DNA from: Candidatus Marinacidobacterales bacterium | Lineage (GTDB): Bacteria; Acidobacteriota; Vicinamibacteria; Marinacidobacterales; SMYC01 | Direction: 5' to 3' | Assembly: GCA_965237955.1 (NCBI GenBank) | Contig: OZ250169.1 | Location: 5,856,001-5,920,000 of the forward strand | Length of the DNA stretch: 64,000 bases | Shown here: positions 1-9,730 of the stretch, piece by piece | Numbering within the stretch: the stretch's first letter is position 1 | How the letters are laid out: each line of letters begins with the position of its first letter | Made by a program: the position numbers and the translations under genes | Notes under the pieces: model-generated | The model's input: only the letters and a program-made list of their open reading frames with translations | What the model was told of the DNA's origin: nothing | Database searches by the model: none

Positions 1-849
1 CCCTCTTCAAACGTTCGGCTGCAGCGCGATAGTCGGCCACTTTGGCTCGGCGCGCGTTGTACATCGTCCAAAACTCGTCCCGGTTCGCGGCGTGAAATTT
101 CGGCGCGGGGGAGGCTTTGAATTCCTTCGGTTTGTCGTGGGGTTTCTGGCGTTGAATGGCTCGAGCCCCTAAAGGCTTCGTGCCGTTTTCGCTGTTTTTT
201 TGTGCAGTCTCCTGTTCGACCTGCCGGACAGCTTCGGTCACGAACTCTCGCTGCTCGTCCAAGCTTCGTTCCTTGAGAAAAGGAAGCGGGCTCAGATGGA
301 CGGTTTCGGTGGAAGGAAAAAGCTTGTACTCCCCGCGATTGAGTGCCCGGTACTGCGCGGTGCGGTCATACCAGGTGCCCTGCATCGTCGTTTCCCCGCG
401 GTAGAGGGCCCCAGCGGTGCTGACACCCGGCCAATCAAGCGGCGAGGCGACGAGTCCTTCTTTGCAGCCGTTCGAGAGGAGGTACAGGAATCTCGCAATC
501 TGTTCTTCCTCATTATCGCTGATCGATGCGGAATGATAGCGTCGCCCCCAAAAGTTCTCTCTCCAGTCGTAAAGTGCCCCCAGTTCCTTAGCCACGTTGC
601 CCTTGAAAAACCCTACGAAGCGGGACATTTGCTTGACGGAGCACACCGACATGATCATGTGGAAGTGGTTGCTGAGAATGATGAATGCATGCAAGTAGAC
701 GCCGTACTTTGCTTGAGCCCGCCCGAGCGCGCCAAGAATGAGATCGTTGGAGCGCGCCGAGGGGCGGAGTAGATAAGACCGTGCTGGGTCCGTGACGTAA
801 TTTCTACCAGGCCACTCTCGTTGTCGAGCATACGTGGGTCCCGTGCCAT
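1..849 (-). pseudogene. HUH/Y1 (RAYT-like, IS200-superfamily) transposase, frameshifted; runs off window start
   Basis: Joining frames across a shift near 775 gives ...[45 protein letters not shown]...FWGRRYHS...GLVASPLDWPG: HuH motif (NHFH) and RAYT-like downstream motifs. A second shift is likely in the poly-T run near 195. Confidence 0.7.
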
Positions 850-1040
850 TCCCTTTATAGACGAGATGTGGCCGCGTAACCTCCCGACTATTTAGAAAAA
901 GTGAGCCGCCGCCCCTGAGTCACAGAGTCACACTGCAGCGCCGTAGACGATATTCGGAGGAGTAATCCTCCCTGACCGCTATGTTTTCTCGCAAGAAAGT
1001 CACGCCGGCTGGCGCTCAGACGGCGCGTGCGAATAAAATG

Positions 1041-1111
1041 TTTGAACCTTTTTTTGAACCTTTTTTTTGGATTAACGATTCTGGGCTGCGGCGACTGATT
1101 AACGATTCTGG
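1041..1111. repeat. Short direct repeats between the transposase and the FDH operon end
   Basis: tttgaaccttttt x2 (1041-1068); gattaacgattctgg x2 (1070-1084, 1097-1111). Confidence 0.7.
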
Positions 1112-2010
1112 ACGAACTGCCAGCCGAAGCGGCCTTTGATGCAGAGGTGTCCGTTCGTTACATCATGGTCCATGGGCGAGGTGACGCGGACGATCTCGTT
1201 GTCTTGGACTCGTAGCTCGAGATTGCAGCCGACGCCGCAGTACGGACAGACCGTGCGGGTCACGGATTGTTTCGATTCGTCCCAGGTGCCGGCCTCGCGG
1301 TGGTCGTACTCACTCTTGAACATGAGCGCGCCCGTGGGGCAGACCCCGATGCAGTTGCCGCAATAGACGCACGCCGAATCATCCAGGCGGGTGTCGAGCT
1401 CGGTGGAGATGCGCGCGTCGAACCCCCGGCCTGCCACCGCGATTGCGAACGAATTCTGGGCATCGACACCGCAGGCTTCGACGCACTTGTAGCAGAGGAT
1501 GCAGCGGCTGTAGTCGCGCACGTACATCTCGTCGTGGATCTTGACGGGCTGCGACACCGTTTCCGCGGTGGTGCCGTCGGTCGCGTGGTGGTGTCCCGCT
1601 CGGCGTCGGTCACGCGCGCCCGCTTCCGTCTCCGGCCCGGCCTTGCCGAATTTTTCCGGCTCGGCGCGGTAGAGCTTCATGAAGTCTTTGATGTCGTCGT
1701 CCGCGAGGGACATGTCGACCGAGGATGCGAGGAGCTCGAGAACCAGCTTCCGGCTATGGCGCACGCGCTCGCTATCCGTCTGAACCTTCATGCCCGGCTC
1801 GGCCATGCGCGAGCAAGCGGGCACGAGGGTGCGCGAGCCTTCGAGCTCGACCACACACACCCGGCACGCGTTCACCGGCGTGAGGTTCTCGAGGTAGCAG
1901 AGCGTCGGGGTCTCGACGCCCTTCTTGCGGCACGCGTCGAGGAGCGTCGCGCCTTCTTGGACGGAGACGTTGTCGCCGTCGATCGAAACTTCTACCGAGC
2001 GCTCGCTCAT
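1099..2010 (-). CDS. Formate dehydrogenase Fe-S subunit (NuoG/FdsA N-terminal-like: 2Fe-2S, 2x4Fe-4S, Mo-bisPGD-type 4Fe-4S domain)
   Basis: PTLCY..CRVCVVE..C; CILCYKCVEAC; CVYCGNCIGVCP; C-terminal TVCPYCGVGC...LCIKGRFG. Confidence 0.88.
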   Translation of the reverse strand: MSERSVEVSIDGDNVSVQEGATLLDACRKKGVETPTLCYLENLTPVNACRVCVVELEGSRTLVPACSRMAEPGMKVQTDSERVRHSRKLVLELLASSVDMSLADDDIKDFMKLYRAEPEKFGKAGPETEAGARDRRRAGHHHATDGTTAETVSQPVKIHDEMYVRDYSRCILCYKCVEACGVDAQNSFAIAVAGRGFDARISTELDTRLDDSACVYCGNCIGVCPTGALMFKSEYDHREAGTWDESKQSVTRTVCPYCGVGCNLELRVQDNEIVRVTSPMDHDVTNGHLCIKGRFGWQFVQNR

Positions 2011-3870
2011 GGATTGGATTCCTCGGATGTCAGTAGGTTTTTCGCGAGCGCCGACTGGATCGCACTCGCCGCAGTGTGCCCGAGGCCGCAGATCGAGGCG
2101 TCTTTCATGACTCGAGCGAGCTCGTCGACGAGGGCGATGTCGGCGGCGTTGTTACCCCCGTTGATGTTGCTACGGACAAGTCGCTGCAAAGCTTCCTCGA
2201 CACGTACCGTGCCGACGCGACAGGGAACGCATTGACCACAGGATTCATCGCGGAAGAACGCGGCGACTCGAAGCAATATGGCCGACATATCGGCGCTATC
2301 GTCGAACACCATCACCACGCCCGAGCCGAGCGATGCGCCGATCGCACGCGTTCCTTCGAACGTGAGCTCGACGTCGAGCTCGTCGAGGCCGACGAACGTG
2401 CCCGCAGCCCCTCCGAGCAGGACCGCTTGAATGTTGCTGGCGCTTCCCGACTTGTCCAGAAGCTCCCTCAACGTGGTGCCGAACGGGACTTCATAGACAC
2501 CGGGCCGCTCGACGTGTCCGGAGACACAAAAGAGCTTCCCGGTCCAGACCGTGTCCGGAGACACAAAAGAGCTTGGGACCGGTGGAATCTTTGGAACCGG
2601 TTTGTGCGAACGCTGGGCCGCCTTCGCTCACGATGTCGAGAACATTGACGAGGGTCTCGACGTTATTCACCACGGTCGGCTTACCAAACAAACCTTCTTG
2701 AGTGGGAAAGGGCGGTTTGTTGCGGGGCTCGCCACGGAAGCCCTCGATCGAGTTGAACAGCGCGGTCTCCTCGCCACAGATGTACGCGCCAGCACCACAG
2801 CGGATCTCGATCTCGAAGCGGAAGCCGCCGCCCATCACATCGTCGCCAAGGAACCCGCGGCGCGTCGCCATGTCGATCGCGTTCTGAAGACGTTTCACCG
2901 CGAGCGGATATTCTCCTCGGATGTAGAGGTAGCCTCGCTCCGAGCCGGTCGCGAAGCCGGCTATGGTCATCGCTTCCACGGTCGCGAACGGGTCTTCCTC
3001 CATGAGCACGCGATCCTTGAACGTCCCCGGCTCGGATTCGTCGGCGTTGCAGACGATGTAGCGCGGGGTTGCCGGCGCTTTGGCGACAGCCTCCCACTTG
3101 ATCCCCATCGGGAACGCGGCGCCACCGCGGCCGCGCACACCCGAATCCTTCACCTCTCGGACGATCTTTTCCGCGCCGATGTCGACCGCACGACGAAGCG
3201 CGCGGTAGCCCCCGTGCTCTCGGTACTCGTCGAGGCTCGTCGGGTCGCAGAGCCCGACGCGGCGAAGTAGCCGGAGCCCTTGCTCTCGTGGCTCCTGCGT
3301 CTGCGGTGTGGACGGAGTCGGTTCAGGTCGCTTACCTTTACCCTCGAGGCCTGCCCGGATGCTGGCGACGTCCGCGTCCGTCAACGTCCAGTCCTCATCG
3401 CCTGCGAGCTGAAACAAGACAGCCGGTCCACGCTCGCATTGTCCGAGACACGGACTGCGATGCCACGTTCCGGAATCGAGTGTTCGCTCGAGCTCGTCGC
3501 ACAGAGCGTCGGCTCCCTTCAACTTGCAAGCGATGTCGTCGCAGACATGAGCGATGCGCTTCGGACGTTCCACGGTGGACAACAGTGCATAGAACGTCGC
3601 CACGCCGTACGCTTCCGCGGGTGGCACGGTGAGGCGGCGACAGATGTAGTTCAACGCGCCTGGGCTGATCCAGCCGATCTCGCCTTGCACGGCGTGGAGC
3701 GCGGGTAGCAACAAGTGGCGCTTGTTCTCCGCCGACTCGCGTCCGCCACGGACGACGTGCTCCTCGAGGGGCTCGCCCGGTATGTCGGTAGCCTCGGGCG
3801 CACCTATTAGCGCGTCCACGGCCGCACGCTCGTCCTCGGTGGGCGAGGCGTCCATCCAATGTAAATCCAT
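2007..3870 (-). pseudogene. NuoE-NuoF fusion (FDH NAD(H)/FMN diaphorase subunit), frameshifted by a 37-bp duplication
   Basis: GRGGAAFP, NADESEPGTFKDR, GAGAYICGEETAL, ESCGQCVPCRVG, SICGLG motifs. A 25-bp direct repeat (2513-2537, 2550-2574) splits it into ORFs 2491-3870 and 2007-2564. Confidence 0.82.
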
Positions 3871-3880
3871 GAAGTAATCC

Positions 3881-5767
3881 CTATGTTACTTCAATGCGAA
3901 TGGCCGTTGCTTTGAACTCCGACGTGCCCGACTTCGGATCCCAAGCTTCGATGGTGAGCTGGTTGATGTCCACCTCGTCGGGGAAATGAACCGTCATGAA
4001 CGCGAGCCCGGGGCGAAGGTTTTCGTCGAAGCGCACCGGCGCTTCGATCGAGCCGCGGCGGGAGGTGATCTTGACGCACTGACCCTCGGAAACGTTGTAG
4101 CGTTTTCCATCAGCAGGAGCAAGATCGAGCGTTTCTCCGTCCCGGATGGGCGAAGCGAAGCTTCCGGTCTGGACCCCGGTGTTGAATGAGTCGAGGCGAC
4201 GGCCGGTGGTAAGGCGGATCGGATACTCCTCGTTGAGCTCGTCCACGGGAGGAACGTGCTCGACCGGCGAGAACGGTGCGAGCCGTCCCTCCGCGGGTCG
4301 TTTCCACAACCGGCCGTGAAGGAACGGGCTTCCGGGATCGTTCTCGTCACGGCATGGCCACTGAAGCCCGCCGAGCTCTTCGAGACGGGCGTACGTCATG
4401 CCCGTGTGAAGCGGCGACAGGCTTCGAAGCTCGTTCCACGCGTCTTCTGCCGTCGGGACGTCCCAAACGTGTCCGAGCGCGTTTGCGAGCAAGCACACGA
4501 CCTCGATGTCGTCCTTCGCATCGCCCGGCGAATCGATCGCCTTGCGTACGCGCTGAACGCGGCGCTCACTGCTCGTGACCGTCCCTTCACTCTCGGCCCA
4601 GGCGGCGGAAGCAGGGAAAACAACGTCGGCGAGCGCGGCGGTTTTCGTCAAGAACAGATCCTGGACCACGAGATGATCCAAGCCCTCCAGAAGTTTCGTC
4701 GCATGGGCCACGTCCGCTTCCGACTGGGCCGGATTTTCGCCGATGATGTAGAGGCTCGTGAGATCGCCGCGCTCCATTGCTTCGAACATGAGCGAGAGGT
4801 GCCACCCGTTCTTGTCCGGAAGCTTCGTGCCCCATGCCTTCTCGAACTTCGCTCGATGCTCGGGGTTCTCGACGTCTTGGAATCCCGGGAACTTGTTCGG
4901 AATCGCGCCCATGTCGCCGCCACCTTGGACGTTGTTCTGTCCACGGAGTGGGACGACACCCGAGCCCCAACGGCCGACGTGGCCGGTCAGGAGCGACAGG
5001 TTGATGAGCGCGAGGACGTTGTCGGTGGCGGTGTGATGTTCGGTGATTCCGAGCGTCCAGCAGATCTGTGCGCGATCGGCCTTCGCGTACGCGTGCGCCA
5101 TTTCCCGAATACACTCGCGCGGCAGGGACGTGATCTTCTCGGCGTATTCGAGGGTGTACGGCTCGAGAGATGCCTCGTATGCCTCGAAGTCCGTCGTCGC
5201 ATTATCGATGAACGCGCGATTCTCTAGTCCCGCGGCGAGGATCTCGCGGCCGACGGCGTTGGCGAGTGCGATGTCGGTGCCCACGTCGAGACCGAGCCAG
5301 AGGTCGGCCCACTGCGCGGACGACGTGCGGCGGGGGTCGACCGTGAAGAGCTTGGCTCCGTTTCTGATACCTTTCAGGAGGTGGTGAAAGAAAATCGGGT
5401 GGGCATCGCGCGCGTTCGAGCCCCAAAGGATGATGACATCCGTCTCTTCAATCTCCTGGTAGGAGCTCGTCCCACCGCCTGCTCCGAAGACGTGCGCCAG
5501 ACCGGCGACGCTGGGAGCGTGTCACGTGCGGTTACAGCTATCGATGTTGTTGCTTCCCATGACGACGCGTGCGAACTTCTGTGCCATGAAGTTCATCTCG
5601 TTCGTCGACTTGGAGCAGCTGAACAGCCCGAAAGACGTACCCTTGTGCTTTTTAAAGCCGTTTGCCGCGCGCTCGAGCGCTTCGTCCCAGCTCGCGGGAC
5701 GGAGCGAGCCCCTGTCGCCATTGTCGCGCACCAACGGCTGCGTCAATCGCTTGTAGCCTTTTCCCAT
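3881..5767 (-). CDS. fdhF: Formate dehydrogenase alpha (Mo/W-bisPGD) catalytic subunit, selenocysteine-containing, ~628 aa
   Basis: ORFs 5522-5767 and 3881-5284 are in one frame, separated by a single TGA (5522-5524) in DSCNRT-U-HAPSVAGL, which aligns with FdhF CARVUHGPSVAGL. LRGQNNVQGGGDMG motif present. Confidence 0.9.
5490..5521 (-). promoter_or_regulatory. Bacterial SECIS element of fdh alpha
   Basis: UGA CACGCUCCCAGCGU CGCC-GGUCU-GGCG hairpin just 3' of the UGA, similar in position and loop to the E. coli fdhF SECIS. Confidence 0.7.
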
Positions 5768-5794
5768 GGCATCTACCTTTCACCCAGAATCTTA

Positions 5795-6007
5795 TCACGT
5801 AGGATGGAGCATGCTTTTTAGGGTCTTCAGAAGTAGTGCGGGAGCGAGGCGCGTCCAGAGTGCGACGCCGTTGGGGAGGGGATAGCCGGAAGCGACGCCG
5901 AGAGTAAACGGGTTCGTCGAAAAACGCATCGGACTCTGTCGGATCAGAAGCGCGGGGGCGGCCGAGGCCGTAGTTGTCACGAAACGGCGGCGTGAGACTC
6001 GTCCCAT
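5795..6007 (-). pseudogene. PhoD-family alkaline phosphatase N-terminal remnant
   Basis: Tat-like SRRRF followed by PFTLGVASGYPLPNGVALWTRLAP, then truncation. Confidence 0.7.
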
Positions 6008-6078
6008 ATCGTAGCTCTCCTCCTGTGACCGCGCGGAGCCTGACATATTCTCTTGGTCGAACCGGGACGGTGTGATTA

Positions 6079-7392
6079 ATGTGGTGCATGGGTGTGGTGC
6101 TCGCTATGGTGGTTGTCGCTGCGACCGCGCTCCATCCACAAGTAACTGAGCAAGAGGAAAGCGAGCAGTACTTCGAGGAATCGGGCCGCGCCATCGAGCT
6201 CAAAACCGTTTGGGACTTTCGTTACGTTCGCACCGACGCGACCGCGAGTTGGCTCGAACGCGCGTTGGGAAAAGCGCGCTACGGCGGCGAGGGTTCAGAA
6301 AGGCGAAGCCTCTTCAGGGTCCCGCAAGCGTCGTTCGTCGTCGATACCCGACTCGCAAACAGTCTCACGACGCATCTCCACGTCAACTTGGATCTCGAGC
6401 GCCAGATTCCCGAAGGACGCTACGGGTGGGATCGCATTCGGTTGATCGAAGCGTTCGCCGACTGGCGATGGGCGTTCGACGCGCCGAGAGAGCTAAGAGT
6501 CAAAGGCGGGATGTTTTTCCCGCCGGTCTCGCTCGAGCACATCGGCGACGCGTGGACGACGTTCTACACGGTCACGCCGGCCGCCATCAACGCATGGATC
6601 GGTGAAGAGGTTCGGGCAACCGGCACCGAGTTGACGCTCGCGCACGTCGGCGTCGCGAATGAAGTCGGGGTCAAAGGAGCCGCGTTTTGGAACAGCGATC
6701 CGAGCGGTAGTCTCCTGGCGTACCGTGGCTTTGCAATCCACGATCGTCAGACGGGGTGGCGAGATCGATTGCCGTTGCCGCCCCTCCCGCCGCTCGATCC
6801 CGGCGGGATCTTCGAGCAACAAGCACCCTATGTCGAGCCGCTCGTCGAGATTGACGACCGCGCAGGCTACTACGGAGCGGTCTCATGGGAGAACTATCAA
6901 TTCTTCGAGGTGAACGCGCTCTATTTCGACAACCGCGGCATACCCGATCGCTTCGACGGCAAACAGTATTCGTGGAAGACCCGGTTCACCAACGTCGGCG
7001 GCGTGGCGTTCCTGCCCGCCGAAATGGAGATCCTCGGTCAGTTCATGAGCGGCGACACCGACATGGGCTTCCGCGGACCGGACGAGCCCAAAGTGACCGC
7101 AGATTTCCGCTCGTGGTATTTGTTATGGAGCATTCCATGGGACAGGCATCGCTTCAGCGTGCGCTACGAAGATTTCCGCGTCTGGGATCGGGATCGGTTT
7201 CGCTTTCCCAACAGCAGTAATGAGACAGGAAACGCGTGGACGTTCAGCTATCTCATGAGGATCGCGGGTCGACATCGCGTCGCGGTGGAGCTTCTCAGGA
7301 TCGATAGCATCCGCCCCGCGCGGGCCTCGATCGGGCTCCCGGTCGTGGCGGACGAGCTCATGTTGCAGCTGAGCTTGCGGATTCAGTTCTGA
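6079..7392 (+). CDS. Secreted/outer-membrane beta-barrel-like hypothetical protein
   Basis: 437-aa ORF with signal peptide, aromatic beta-strand pattern and C-terminal Phe. Confidence 0.6.
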   Translation: MWCMGVVLAMVVVAATALHPQVTEQEESEQYFEESGRAIELKTVWDFRYVRTDATASWLERALGKARYGGEGSERRSLFRVPQASFVVDTRLANSLTTHLHVNLDLERQIPEGRYGWDRIRLIEAFADWRWAFDAPRELRVKGGMFFPPVSLEHIGDAWTTFYTVTPAAINAWIGEEVRATGTELTLAHVGVANEVGVKGAAFWNSDPSGSLLAYRGFAIHDRQTGWRDRLPLPPLPPLDPGGIFEQQAPYVEPLVEIDDRAGYYGAVSWENYQFFEVNALYFDNRGIPDRFDGKQYSWKTRFTNVGGVAFLPAEMEILGQFMSGDTDMGFRGPDEPKVTADFRSWYLLWSIPWDRHRFSVRYEDFRVWDRDRFRFPNSSNETGNAWTFSYLMRIAGRHRVAVELLRIDSIRPARASIGLPVVADELMLQLSLRIQF

Positions 7393-7700
7393 GGGCGCAC
7401 GGCGTCGTCGATGAAGTCGAGCGCCATATGGACCCCGGACGGCACCCGCATCATTTTCGGTGTCGCGGAGCCTGACCGAAACGCCCTCAATCTCCATTGG
7501 ATGCCGATCGATGGCTCGAGCCCGATGGACAGACTTGCGACGTCGGGCAATATCCAGAATGCGACCGATGTTTCTCCCGACGGTCGATTTCTCGTGTTCA
7601 CGGACAGTAGTCCGGAAACCGGGAGAGACATTTGGCTTCGCTCCCTCGAGGGCGACGATGCGCCTCGACCCTTCTTGAACACACAGTTCGATGTTGTGAT
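7393..7700 (+). pseudogene. PD40/TolB-like beta-propeller fragment (probable remnant of a kinase-PD40 gene)
   Basis: WTPDGTRIIF, DVSPDGRFLVF, GRDIW, PRPFLNTQF repeats; no intact start or end. Confidence 0.6.
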
Positions 7701-7939
7701 ACTATCCGCGAGCGGCGCAAAAGATAGTTGGTCGTGGCTTCCAATCGACGCAGGTACCCAAGCCTGGGGGTCGGTGTAGTTACTTCTCCGCGCAGCAGCA
7801 ACGACAGCCTTCCTATGAGCGAGCAAAGGCCGGAACTGCCCCTTTACTCTCCGGCTCCCGATTGAGGGCCCTCCGCTCGTAGCTTGAAATGGGCTAGGGG
7901 ACGGAGTCTGCCCGCTCAAGGATTGGTCAAGGAAATGGA

Positions 7940-8818
7940 ATGGGTCAGTCATCGGTGATTAGTGACAGGATTGAGGACGGGGAGCGTTCACACGCGGTCC
8001 CATTTGAATCCGTCGTCCCCGGAATCCTTGCCAACTTACATGGCGAGCTCCGAGAAGAGCTTCAGGCATGGAAAGACAGGCCCGACCCCGGGCGGAAGAA
8101 TGCCAAGGGAGACATCCAGCGCTCCTTTGACCTCGCCGCCGACGAGTGCGTGCGGAGCTATCTCGAACGGGCGTTTCCTGCTGGTGTGCTGCTCTCGGAA
8201 GAGAGCGATGAGAGAAGATTCGGCAGAGGAGAGCCCCAGTACCGTTTTGTAGTCGATCCCGTGGACGGTTCGGACAACTTCGCTCGGCGACTGCCGCTCG
8301 CGGCACTCAACATAGCGGTGCTTCCTGTCGAAGGGCCTCTGTCACCGGAACAGGTCCTTTTCAGCGTGGTCGGAGATCTTCGAGACGAGAGTCCGATTCT
8401 GGCCGCACGAGGAGAGGGTGCTCATCGCGGCAGCATGCGGTTAAAGACCTCGTCGGTTGCCAGTCTTTCCAAAGCCTTCGTTTCCTGCGAGCTCAATCAT
8501 TTCGCACCTCCGCCGCAGCTCGGAGCGCTGCTGCGCCAGGCCCGGGGGGTGCGGTCCTACGGGTGCTGCTCGCTTGCCCTTAGTCTCGTGGCCTCTGGAG
8601 CCATCGACGCGCACGTGGATGTGCGTGATCGATTGACACTAGAGAGCTTTCTGGCCGCTTCACTTGCCGTAGAAGAGGCCGGAGGCTCGGTCGTAGACCA
8701 GAAAGGCAATCCGCTCGGTGCTCTGACGGGGCTCGCGCACCGTACCAGTCTGATCGCGGCGGCAAGCTCTGAACTCGCCAATGAGATCGTGAATGTCCTC
8801 GCTCCATCCGATTCCTGA
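7940..8818 (+). CDS. Inositol monophosphatase family protein
   Basis: LSEE and VVDPVDGSDNF motifs; RSYGCCSL...VASGAID; EEAGG. Confidence 0.85.
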   Translation: MGQSSVISDRIEDGERSHAVPFESVVPGILANLHGELREELQAWKDRPDPGRKNAKGDIQRSFDLAADECVRSYLERAFPAGVLLSEESDERRFGRGEPQYRFVVDPVDGSDNFARRLPLAALNIAVLPVEGPLSPEQVLFSVVGDLRDESPILAARGEGAHRGSMRLKTSSVASLSKAFVSCELNHFAPPPQLGALLRQARGVRSYGCCSLALSLVASGAIDAHVDVRDRLTLESFLAASLAVEEAGGSVVDQKGNPLGALTGLAHRTSLIAAASSELANEIVNVLAPSDS

Positions 8819-8962
8819 GACCGCGAGATAAGAGGCGAACCTAGCGTCCCCACCGTCGTTATGTTGGCGGCCGTGGAACCTGGCCAGAAACCGGCGGAAG
8901 GCACGTTCGTAGGCCACCCACGCTGCGACCGCCGACCGTATGTGTAAATATATCTGACATTA

Positions 8963-8992
8963 TTGACGGATACACGTAGTTTGTGTTACAGT
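8963..8992 (+). promoter_or_regulatory. Sigma70-like promoter, diverged copy 0
   Basis: TTGACG-18 nt-TACAGT. Confidence 0.45.
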
Positions 8993-9201
8993 TCAGACGT
9001 CCCTGAGAAGGTGCGGGAGCCCAGGGATGGCCCAGCAGCTGAAGGAGATCGGTAGTATTCTCCCACCCCTGGTGGATTTTTTTCCGAGAGCGTGGCACCA
9101 GGCGAGAAAGCGGCGGAGGGCACGCTCGTACGCCACCCGCACGGCGAAAGTCCGCCCAGGCTGCGGCCGCCGGCCGTAGGGTGTAAAAATATCTAACATT
9201 G

Positions 9202-9230
9202 TTGACGAGCATCCGATATCGTGTTACAGT
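9202..9230 (+). promoter_or_regulatory. Sigma70-like promoter, copy 1
   Basis: TTGACG-17 nt-TACAGT upstream of AAGGAG and ATG 9264. Confidence 0.6.
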
Positions 9231-9263
9231 ACAGCGTCCCTGAGAAGGAGAGGGAGCCTAGGC

Positions 9264-9653
9264 ATGGCCGAGAAACTGAAGGATATCGGTAGTATTCTCC
9301 AGAAAGCGCGGACGTCACGCGGTTTCACTCAGGCTGAGATCGCACCTCAGCTCGGTGTCTCACGAGCCACCGTCGCCCAGATCGAGACAGGGCGGCGATC
9401 CTTGAAAGCTGAAGACCTGCGGCGGCTAGCTGCCTTCTACGGCTGCAGCCCCAGCGAGCTCCTGCCCCGGGCTACCAACGACGAGAAAGTGGATGGCCCT
9501 GCCGAGCTGTTCCGCTCCCATCCTGATCTCACCCCCTGGTGGATTTTTTTCCGAGAGCGTGGCACCAGGCGAGAAAGCGGCGGAGGGCACGCTCGTACGC
9601 CACCCGCACGGCGAAAGTCCGCCCAGGCTGCGGCCGCCGGCCGCAGGGTGTAA
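9264..9653 (+). CDS. Truncated XRE HTH-only protein created by the duplication
   Basis: First ~89 aa nearly identical to the N-terminus of 9731-11038, then read-through into the repeated leader. Confidence 0.55.
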   Translation: MAEKLKDIGSILQKARTSRGFTQAEIAPQLGVSRATVAQIETGRRSLKAEDLRRLAAFYGCSPSELLPRATNDEKVDGPAELFRSHPDLTPWWIFFRERGTRRESGGGHARTPPARRKSAQAAAAGRRV

Positions 9654-9668
9654 AAATATCTAACATTG

Positions 9669-9697
9669 TTGACGAGCATCCGATATCGTGTTACAGT
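9669..9697 (+). promoter_or_regulatory. Sigma70-like promoter, copy 2
   Basis: TTGACG-17 nt-TACAGT. Confidence 0.6.
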
Positions 9698-9730
9698 ACC
9701 GCGTCCCTGAGAAGGAGAGGGAGCCTAGGC

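Noticed and set aside
9539-9730. N-terminal extension of the XRE-ImmA ORF in the ORF track
   Set aside because: It covers the duplicated promoter; the RBS supports ATG 9731.
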